From NCBI GenBank assembly GCA_965222375.1, contig CBDCTZ010000015.1, forward strand, positions 768,001 through 832,000: a stretch of DNA of 64,000 nucleotides, in the 5' to 3' direction. The position numbers and the translations under genes were made by a program. Numbering within the stretch: the first letter of the stretch is position 1; every line of letters starts with the position of its first letter. The stretch comes from Polyangiaceae bacterium (GTDB taxonomy: Bacteria > Myxococcota_A > Polyangia > Polyangiales > Polyangiaceae). The notes under the pieces are model-generated. The model worked only from the letters and a program-made list of their open reading frames with translations. It made no database searches and was not told where the DNA came from. This document shows, piece after piece, positions 56,864-64,000 of the stretch.

Positions 56864-58666
56864 TCATTTCGTCGGCAGGGGGTAGCGCTGCTGGACAATC
56901 AGCGGCCCGCGCCAGCCGTAACCGTTGTTGTCCGCGTAGCCGGCGATGGGCTTGAACTCGACACGGAGCTTGCCCGTCGCGCAGTCAATGGCGCCGATGT
57001 TGTCAGCGCAGCCGCTCCAATTCGAATCCGGCGTGAAACGATCCAAGAAGCTCTGGCTGGTCCAGGCGTTGAAGTCGTCGACTTCCTTTTGAGTCGGCAG
57101 GGACATGCCGGGGATGGGGGCGCAGCTCGAGTTCTTGTCGAATCCCGAGGCGGACTGCCAATCGACGAGGGACTTGCCGTCGATTCTGCAGCCCGGGATG
57201 CTGTCGGGGACGTACCAGTTGTGGTCCATGGCTTTCACGTCGGACTGACTGGGGACCTGCACGTGAGCTTGGCTCCCCGTGGTCCAGAGCACGTTGCGCT
57301 GGATGTGGAACTCTCCAGGGCCGTAGCTCGCTCGTATCACCGGGCGCTTACCGATGACGTTGACCAGGGTGTTGTTCTCGATCCAGGCGCGCTGAGTGCT
57401 CGGCGCCTCGCCACCGGTCGACACACCCGGCATCAGATTCCAAAACACGACGTTGCCGCTGACGCGGTGGTTCACGCCCGAGTGCTCCTTGTGGCTCCCT
57501 CCAACATGCAGTGCGAATGCAGTTTCCGTCTGTGTGCACTTGCCCATGATGTTGCCAATAATCCAAGTGACGCTCGTGCCGTGGCCGAGCACGATGCACC
57601 CATTGCCACCATTGCCCAAGACGTTGCCAACGATCTTGATGTCCCTGGAGCCAGGTACGGTGTCATTGCCCGTGGCCACATCCACGGGCTGCTCCTTGAC
57701 TGGGCCGGGCACGCGGTTATCCACGATCCAGAAGTGGTCGCCGACTTTGTTCTGCAGCGTCAAGCCGGTCGGGCTGTGCACCACCAAGGCGTCATTGTTG
57801 GGGATGTCGTAGGCCGTGCTGTCAATGATCACGCCATAGCTGGACTGCTTTCCGAAGTGAATTCCGTTGTTCTGGCAATCGTGTGCGGTCACGCCCTGAA
57901 TGGTGACGTGATCGGACTCACTGGTGTTGACACAAGGCCCACCATCGCTCCCCGTGGACTCCATGTCCCGAACGGTGACGTGGGAGCTCCCCTTGATGAT
58001 GCGAATCGCGCGCAGCTTGGGCAGCGCATCGGCTAGCGGGCCGTAGGCGCCGTAGGTCACGGGTAAACCATCCGCACCTTTGACACCGGAAATGGACAGG
58101 GTTGCGCCGCCAGTCCAAGCTTCGCCCCGACGAAACAGAACGTAGTCGTCCGCGTTCAGAGAAGACGCCGCTTGATTGACGCGTGCCAGCGTTTTCCAGG
58201 GCTTCGCTCTGCTGCCATCGTTGTTGTCTGCTCCGGTGCTGGAGTCGACATAATAGCAAGTGCCACTTTTCTCACAGGGGTCCGCGAGGCATTCCAAGCC
58301 AACGCGGTAATAGCCAGTGTCGCAGGCACAAGTAGGTTTTGCGTCCACGCTGACACACGTTCCCTTGCCAGAGCAGGTCTCACCACAAGTGGCGGGAAGA
58401 CCGCCACTGCCTGCGCTACCCGAACTGCCCCCGCTACCAGCTTGACCAGCGTTTCCTCCCACTGCGCCGGCACCCGCTCCGCCGGCCATGCCTCCGCTTG
58501 CGCCAGTTCCGGCTGAGCCTCCCGAGCTGGGACCATCTCCGGAATCCGAATCGCTACCGCATGCGACAAGCAACAGCGCTGCCAAGGGCGCGATGAGCGC
58601 GAGGCGCGACGCCGCATGTCGCGTTGCGGGGATGCAGGACTGAGCTTTCTTCGCGTCGAGTTTCAT
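56864..58666 (-). CDS. Lipoprotein with EGF-like and parallel beta-helix domains
   Basis: LVAC lipobox; CSGKGTC...CACDTGY; YYVDSSTGADNNDGS..PWKTL; VTYGAYG. Confidence 0.88.
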   Translation of the reverse strand: MKLDAKKAQSCIPATRHAASRLALIAPLAALLLVACGSDSDSGDGPSSGGSAGTGASGGMAGGAGAGAVGGNAGQAGSGGSSGSAGSGGLPATCGETCSGKGTCVSVDAKPTCACDTGYYRVGLECLADPCEKSGTCYYVDSSTGADNNDGSRAKPWKTLARVNQAASSLNADDYVLFRRGEAWTGGATLSISGVKGADGLPVTYGAYGPLADALPKLRAIRIIKGSSHVTVRDMESTGSDGGPCVNTSESDHVTIQGVTAHDCQNNGIHFGKQSSYGVIIDSTAYDIPNNDALVVHSPTGLTLQNKVGDHFWIVDNRVPGPVKEQPVDVATGNDTVPGSRDIKIVGNVLGNGGNGCIVLGHGTSVTWIIGNIMGKCTQTETAFALHVGGSHKEHSGVNHRVSGNVVFWNLMPGVSTGGEAPSTQRAWIENNTLVNVIGKRPVIRASYGPGEFHIQRNVLWTTGSQAHVQVPSQSDVKAMDHNWYVPDSIPGCRIDGKSLVDWQSASGFDKNSSCAPIPGMSLPTQKEVDDFNAWTSQSFLDRFTPDSNWSGCADNIGAIDCATGKLRVEFKPIAGYADNNGYGWRGPLIVQQRYPLPTK

Positions 58667-58679
58667 TGCCGCCAAACGG

Positions 58680-58695
58680 TGCAACCCGTGTGCCT
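58680..58695 (-). promoter_or_regulatory. Putative sigma54 promoter
   Basis: AGGCACACGGGTTGCA; ATG at 58666 is 15 nt after the -12 C. Confidence 0.75.
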
Positions 58696-58747
58696 ACCCA
58701 CAATGACAGCGAGGGTCGGAGTGTCTCCCACACAATCTTGACTCAAC

Positions 58748-58782
58748 GTGACTTGAATGTCACCGCGTGACATTCAGGTCAC
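58748..58782. promoter_or_regulatory. 35-bp double-dyad palindrome, candidate upstream activator site
   Basis: gtgacttgaatgtcac cgc gtgacattcaggtcac; centre 84 bp from the -12 C. Confidence 0.7.
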
Positions 58783-58869
58783 TAGCGAGGTGGCTAGGGC
58801 AGCATGTTACGTAGCAAGACCGATTGATGGGCCACAGCCGTCGCACGCCCCATTGGCACCAGAGCGACA

Positions 58870-60591
58870 CTAGAGTTCAAGGGCGCCTAGAGCGCCACCC
58901 GGCACGCGGGGTGCTCCGGTGAAATCAGTGAACTTGGTTGCGTCGTCGACGCCAATGCCCTTCGTCGAACCAACTGTAGGATCACAGGCCTTCGCGTGGG
59001 GGCTTGCCGACGTGGGTTGCACCAGTGGGATGCAAAACTGCTCTTGTGCCGTGATCCGCTTGCGAGTCGTGCAAAAGTCTTTTCCGGCGGCATCGGCAGT
59101 CTTTGGCTTGACGACGTCCGTTGATGCCTGCGTGGTGAAGGGCGTGGTATTGAAGAAGCCGTTGTACGCTGCGGTGCTCTTGTTGTCCCAGGACTGTCCT
59201 GCCTTCGCGCCTGCATCCAGCATGAGATTGCAGCGAAGCTCGAGCGCCGACGCCCCAGCGTTGGTCTGCAGGTAGTCACCGGTTTTGACGAAGGTGTTGA
59301 AGTAGAACTCGGATTGCGTGTACCCACCCCAGGCGACGATTCCAGTATCGCCGGTGTCATGGATGATGTTCCCGTTGACGGAAATGCGTGACTTCTTCGC
59401 TGCAGCAGTTCCCAAGGTCATGCCACGACCACCGATGTCACTGATGATGTTCCCTGCGATCACTACGTGAGATTTCTCATAGTCCCCTGACCAGGCCACG
59501 GCTGGACCGGCGCTGCCCGTTCCAGAACACTTGCCGTCTGTCTTGCGGAAACCCCACATGCGGTTGTTCAAAATGCGAATCGGCGCAGCGGCTATGCCAC
59601 CGTTCTTTAGATCGATCGCGTTTTCGGCACATGCGCAATTGCCGAAGCCTGGCTTCGTGGGATCGGTACTGCCGTTGCAGTCGCTATGTGCTGCAGGTGT
59701 CAGGTACAGGTCGTTGTTGGCGATGAGCACGTCTTTCACAACGCCACCGGGGTGGACTTGAAGGGCGTCCCCCGCGCAATCGTAGAACTCGTTGCTGACA
59801 ACGCGAATGCCCGAGGCACTCCCAATCACGAGGCAGTGCGAGTCGACGCCAGATTGAGCGATGCTGTTCCGCAGCACACTACGCTGTACGGTGTTGTCAA
59901 CTGAGGCGCCGAAGGCGAGCTGCCCACCTCCACCGCCGCCGTCCTCGATGAGAACGCCATCCAAAAGGTTGTTGGTCGAACCATCCTTGAAACGAACAAA
60001 GGTACCAGGCGACTTTCGTCGAAACGTCAGACCGTGAACCTGCCAGTGTTTGGCGGCAGCTGAAAACTCCAGACCGCTCAGTACAGCGCGAACCGACTCG
60101 GACATCTTGACCGGGTGCTGCATAGCTGGGGTTGCACCGTCGTAGACGATGATGCGCGGTTTGGCTGCAGTGCCGGCCACGGAGAGAACCACTTTTGCTG
60201 AGGAGTAGTCACCAGGCTGAACACAGAAGATGCGTTTGCCAGCGTTGTTGATCTTGCCAAAATCGCTAGTCGATTTGATGATGAGCGTTTCGTTGTCACT
60301 TGGATTGCACGTCGGCGGCGTGAACGGCAGCTCGTAGTTGCTGCCCCCCGAGCCCGCAACACCCCCTGAACCCGCGGCACCACCGGAACCGGCCACCCCA
60401 CCGCTGCCTGCCGAACCGGCCGTCGCACCCGCTCCCGAGCTGCCACCGGCACCAGCTCCGGAGCCCGCGCGCCCACCGGTACCCGACACCGCGCCCGAGC
60501 CAGCCATGCCGCCCAGCCCCGGCCCAGAGTTTTCGCTGTCGTCCGCCCCGCAAGCTACGTGCGCGAGCGCCGCAAGTACAACCAGACCCAT
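58870..60591 (-). CDS. Parallel beta-helix lipoprotein
   Basis: HVAC lipobox, Gly linker, VQPGDY...GTAAKP, NEFYDCAGDALQ, ENAIDLK; TTG at 60606 is an alternative start. Confidence 0.87.
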   Translation of the reverse strand: MGLVVLAALAHVACGADDSENSGPGLGGMAGSGAVSGTGGRAGSGAGAGGSSGAGATAGSAGSGGVAGSGGAAGSGGVAGSGGSNYELPFTPPTCNPSDNETLIIKSTSDFGKINNAGKRIFCVQPGDYSSAKVVLSVAGTAAKPRIIVYDGATPAMQHPVKMSESVRAVLSGLEFSAAAKHWQVHGLTFRRKSPGTFVRFKDGSTNNLLDGVLIEDGGGGGGQLAFGASVDNTVQRSVLRNSIAQSGVDSHCLVIGSASGIRVVSNEFYDCAGDALQVHPGGVVKDVLIANNDLYLTPAAHSDCNGSTDPTKPGFGNCACAENAIDLKNGGIAAAPIRILNNRMWGFRKTDGKCSGTGSAGPAVAWSGDYEKSHVVIAGNIISDIGGRGMTLGTAAAKKSRISVNGNIIHDTGDTGIVAWGGYTQSEFYFNTFVKTGDYLQTNAGASALELRCNLMLDAGAKAGQSWDNKSTAAYNGFFNTTPFTTQASTDVVKPKTADAAGKDFCTTRKRITAQEQFCIPLVQPTSASPHAKACDPTVGSTKGIGVDDATKFTDFTGAPRVPGGALGALEL

Positions 60592-60620
60592 TCGTCGAAT
60601 TTCCAAGCTCCACCGTCCTC

Positions 60621-61622
60621 TTACTTCGGCGCCACCAGCCCGTAGCAACCGTCTGGGCCCGCGATGCGCAAGGCGTCGTGGTAGACAGTGCGGCTCGCGC
60701 CGGAGGGCATCGGGGCCATCTTGTATTGCGACGAGTACATGCCCATCTTCAGATAGAACCCGTCTTGGTCGAAGAAGCCCTGGTGGTTGGAGCCCTTGAA
60801 GTCGACGACTTTGTTGCCGTCACGCCAGACCTTGAAAAAACCGGCACTGGACTCGGAGAAGTGGAAATTGATGACCCAGTCGACCCATTGGCCGACCTTG
60901 CCGCGAGGAGCCTGATACAGCTTACCGACTCCAGGCACTTCGTCCTGGAAGAAGAACGTGGCCGGATGCATGTGCCGCAACACCATGGGTTGTGCATCCG
61001 GAGGCGGGTTCGGAAACAGCCAGCCACGGTAGTGCGCCTGGAATAGCATCGCCGTGTCCACGAAACTGGTGTCGCCTTCGTAGTCGGCGTCGAGCTTGAC
61101 GCTGAACCCAACCCAATAAGTGGTGTTGGCTTGCAAGTCGAGGCCGCCGCTAGCGATGGAGACCTCGGTGCGGTATTTCACGGCGGATTGCGGTGTCAAC
61201 CGCGAGCGCATCACGTAGTTGCCTTCCCGAGCGCTCGCTTTCACGACTTCGGGCATGTTCCCCGACTGCTTCAAGTTGCTAGGCATGTTCCCCGACTCGA
61301 AGCCGACGTCCATGAGAAGCTTCGCGGTGCAGGCGGCGCCCGCGGAGCCGCCGCTCCCGCCACCGGCACTTCCTGCAGTGCCACCACTAGCGGCTGCTCC
61401 TGATCCCGCGTTACCCGCAGAGCCGCCTGAGTTCCCAACGCCCGCGGAGTTGCCACTTCCCGCCGTTGCGCCCATGCCACCGGACCCGCCGCTCGTCGCT
61501 GCGCCTGTTCCAGCCGTACCGCCGGAACCGGGCCTGGATCCTCCGGAGTCGTCAGAGCCGCAACCGATCAAGGAAAGTGCGGTGACAGTGATGAATAGAG
61601 TTGGAGCAACTATGAGACGCAT
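60621..61622 (-). CDS. Polysaccharide-lyase-type (beta-jelly-roll) lipoprotein
   Basis: LIGC lipobox; GFESG, YRTEV, YWVGFS, QAH, GQWVDWV...VWRDG, YLKMGMY, VYHDALRI. Confidence 0.85.
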   Translation of the reverse strand: MRLIVAPTLFITVTALSLIGCGSDDSGGSRPGSGGTAGTGAATSGGSGGMGATAGSGNSAGVGNSGGSAGNAGSGAAASGGTAGSAGGGSGGSAGAACTAKLLMDVGFESGNMPSNLKQSGNMPEVVKASAREGNYVMRSRLTPQSAVKYRTEVSIASGGLDLQANTTYWVGFSVKLDADYEGDTSFVDTAMLFQAHYRGWLFPNPPPDAQPMVLRHMHPATFFFQDEVPGVGKLYQAPRGKVGQWVDWVINFHFSESSAGFFKVWRDGNKVVDFKGSNHQGFFDQDGFYLKMGMYSSQYKMAPMPSGASRTVYHDALRIAGPDGCYGLVAPK

Positions 61623-61639
61623 GGCGATGGACCTTTCGT

Positions 61640-62713
61640 CTACTTCGGCGCCACGAGATCGTAAGCATTGGTCCCTGTCGCCATGCGCACTTCATCGTAG
61701 TACATGCGGCGCAAGGTGGCGGGATAGTTCTTGCTGTTAGGCGCGTAGATGCCCACATGCGGGCCATTGTGACTCTGCTTTTGCGCCGGGATGGGATTGC
61801 CGCAGGAGTCTTTCCAGTTCACGTTGGTCAGGCCCGTCTTGGAGTAGATCGGCTGTCCGTCCTTCCAGACGTCGAAGAAGCCGGCGTTCTTCGTCGAAAG
61901 CGTGAAATGCACGACCCAGTCGTGCCAAACGTCGCTCTTGAGTGGTTCGCTCCAGACTTTCGTCGTGTTGCTTCCGGCGCCCTTGCCGGTCGACTGGCCC
62001 CCGTTCTCGATCACGGTGAGCGTCAAGTTTCCGCTCGACGGTCTCACGGTGATGGCGTTACCATCGAAGTCGCAGTTGCTGCCCGAAGCTTCGTTGGGAG
62101 CATGGATTTGAAAGAAGGTGTTCGCAGGCACCTTCGGGTCCCACTTGTCGAGACGGAAGCTGAACCCGATCCAGTACTCGATTCCATCGTCCCATCCGAA
62201 CTTGCCCCGTGGTTCTGATCTCAGTTCGGCTCGATAGGGAGTGTTGCCGGATGTGGGCTGCGCTTCCGTCCACATCAAGGCGGCGTACTTCCCGGAGCGG
62301 GTAACAGCGTTCGTCGGCTCCACGTGGCCCCATTGATAGAGCTTCGTGACGTATTGCGAGAGGTCACCCGTCTCGAAGTCACCACTCCAGATGAGCTTGC
62401 CGCCAGCCCCACCGCTGCTGCCTCCGCCAGCACCCGCACTGCCAGCCGCTCCACCACTCGAATTGCCCGCTGAGCCCGCACTGCCTGCCGCGCCGGCACT
62501 GCCGCCCGAGTTCCCAACGCCCGCGGAGTTGCCACTTCCCGCCGTCGCCCCGGTGCCACCCGCACCCGCGCCGCCGGAGCCGGACATCGCGGCAGAGCCC
62601 GCAGCCCCGCTCGCGCCCGGCGCAGAGTTGCCCGCGTCATCAGAGCCGCAGCCGCTGAGCATCCACGCGGCTGTGGCGATCACGAAACTGGTTCTCAGAG
62701 GTGGCAAACGCAT
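61640..62713 (-). CDS. Polysaccharide-lyase-type lipoprotein
   Basis: LSGC lipobox; WSGDFETGDLSQ, YRAEL, YWIGFS, FQIH, WHDWV...VWKDG, GIY, YYDEVR. Confidence 0.85.
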   Translation of the reverse strand: MRLPPLRTSFVIATAAWMLSGCGSDDAGNSAPGASGAAGSAAMSGSGGAGAGGTGATAGSGNSAGVGNSGGSAGAAGSAGSAGNSSGGAAGSAGAGGGSSGGAGGKLIWSGDFETGDLSQYVTKLYQWGHVEPTNAVTRSGKYAALMWTEAQPTSGNTPYRAELRSEPRGKFGWDDGIEYWIGFSFRLDKWDPKVPANTFFQIHAPNEASGSNCDFDGNAITVRPSSGNLTLTVIENGGQSTGKGAGSNTTKVWSEPLKSDVWHDWVVHFTLSTKNAGFFDVWKDGQPIYSKTGLTNVNWKDSCGNPIPAQKQSHNGPHVGIYAPNSKNYPATLRRMYYDEVRMATGTNAYDLVAPK

Positions 62714-62727
62714 CGTGGGCATGTCTC

Positions 62728-62743
62728 TGCAATGGGCGTACCT
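62728..62743 (-). promoter_or_regulatory. Putative sigma54 promoter
   Basis: AGGTACGCCCATTGCA; ATG at 62713 is 16 nt after the -12 C. Confidence 0.7.
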
Positions 62744-62794
62744 GCAACGTGCGAGTGAAATCACTGGGAATATGCAGGATCATGATGCCCGACG

Positions 62795-62829
62795 GTGTCG
62801 CGCATGTCACGGGGTGACATCGAGGCCAC
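62795..62829. promoter_or_regulatory. Double-dyad motif, candidate upstream activator site
   Basis: gtgtcgcgcatgtcac ggg gtgacatcgaggccac; centre 83 bp from the -12 C. Confidence 0.65.
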
Positions 62830-62868
62830 TCCCAGAGGCGGCCACGGGAACCCGGTGGGTATGTCCTC

Positions 62869-63885
62869 TCACTTCGGCGCAACCAGTCCATAGCAACCGT
62901 CCGGACCCGCGATGCGCAACGCGTCGTGGTAGACGGTGCGGCTCGCGCCGGATGGCATCGGGGTCTTCTGATATTGGGCCGAGTACATTCCCATCTTCAA
63001 GTAGAAGCCGTCTTGGTCGAAGAAACCCAGATGGTTGGAGCCTTTGAAATCGACGACCTGATTGCCGTCACGCCAGACCCTGAAGAACCCGGCACTCGAC
63101 TCGGAAAGGCGGAAATTGATGACCCAATCGACCCATTGGCCGACCTTTCCACGAGGCGCTTGATATAGCTTGCCGACTCCAGGCACTTCATCCTGAAAGA
63201 AGAAGGTGGCCGGATACTTGTGCCGCAGCACCATGGGCTGCGCGCCCGGAGGCGGATTCGTGAACTTCCAGGGGCGGTAGTGCGCCTGAATCAACATCGC
63301 CGTATCCGTGAAGGTGGTCACCCCTTCATAGTCGGCATCGAGCTTGACACTGAATCCCACCCAGTAGGTCGTGTTCGCCTGCAGATCTAGACCACCGGTG
63401 TCGATTGTGGCCTCGGTGCGGTACTTCACCGGGGACTGCGGCGTCAGGCGAGAACGCATCACGTAGCTGCCCTCCCGCGCGGCATGTTTGATGACCTCGG
63501 GCTGGTTGCCGGATCTCTTGAAATTGGCTGGAAACGAACCCGACTCGAAGCCCTCGTCCAGGAGCAGCTTTGCGGTACAGGTTGTGCCACCGGCCGACCC
63601 GCCACTCCCGCTGCCAGCGGCGCCGCCACCTCCCGCGGCACCCGCTGTCGCACCAGCACCAGCAGAACCGCCCCCGCTCCCCGAACCCGCGGCATTGCCA
63701 GCGCCGCCGTTGTTCCCACTTCCCGCGCTCGCTCCGGAGCCGGAGCTGCCGCCCGCTCCAGACGTCGCGCCAGACCCCGAACTGCCACCAGTACTCGGCG
63801 CAGCCCCAGCGTCATCGGAGCTGCAGCCCGTCACCAACAACATCGCAACCAGCGCGAAAGATCCCAGTGTTGTTTGCGTATACAC
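62869..63885 (-). CDS. Polysaccharide-lyase-type lipoprotein, close paralog of 60621-61622
   Basis: AAGGAG RBS before GTG; VTGC lipobox; catalytic domain highly similar to the 60621 gene. Confidence 0.87.
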   Translation of the reverse strand: MYTQTTLGSFALVAMLLVTGCSSDDAGAAPSTGGSSGSGATSGAGGSSGSGASAGSGNNGGAGNAAGSGSGGGSAGAGATAGAAGGGGAAGSGSGGSAGGTTCTAKLLLDEGFESGSFPANFKRSGNQPEVIKHAAREGSYVMRSRLTPQSPVKYRTEATIDTGGLDLQANTTYWVGFSVKLDADYEGVTTFTDTAMLIQAHYRPWKFTNPPPGAQPMVLRHKYPATFFFQDEVPGVGKLYQAPRGKVGQWVDWVINFRLSESSAGFFRVWRDGNQVVDFKGSNHLGFFDQDGFYLKMGMYSAQYQKTPMPSGASRTVYHDALRIAGPDGCYGLVAPK

Positions 63886-64000
63886 CAGATCTCTCCTTGA
63901 GCGCGCCGGATTCACTTGGGAGCCACGGCCGAATAGCCATTGGTACCAGCGAAGATCCGAACCTCGTCGTAGTTCAGCTTTTGGGTCGATGTGTTGGACT

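Noticed and set aside
1..64000. CRISPR array, integron attC array, or diversity-generating retroelement
   Set aside because: No regularly spaced repeat-spacer units, no integrase or reverse transcriptase, and mismatches in repeat pairs are not confined to adenines.

Overview
GC-rich window that looks like a Myxococcota (Polyangiales-like) chromosome. The signs are MYXO-CTERM tails, eukaryotic-type Ser/Thr kinases, an FHA-sigma54 activator, Myxococcales-type ECF sigma factors, a GltG/AgmX-like protein, and about 25 lipoproteins or surface proteins, many built as signal peptide + lipobox + Gly/Ser linker + payload domain. Payloads include beta-helix, polysaccharide lyase, RCC1, Kelch, FG-GAP, trypsin, erythromycin-esterase, Hint and Cys-rich domains. 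I saw no rRNA, tRNA, CRISPR, transposase or integrase. Five patterns stand out beyond the ORF track. (1) Fifteen sigma54 -24/-12 boxes precede these genes, and ten have a start codon 14-16 nt after the -12 C, implying near-leaderless transcripts. (2) A 19-bp-period double dyad (GYGRC-N6-GYCRC) sits 83-87 bp upstream of three of those promoters. (3) Two reverse-oriented lipoprotein cassettes, one with a Hint domain, are each bracketed by 100-150 bp diverged direct repeats. (4) A tandem array of polysaccharide-lyase lipoproteins is mosaic. (5) Several gene relics and three frameshifted genes suggest high cassette turnover or assembly errors. All family calls come from motif recognition by eye; no searches were run.
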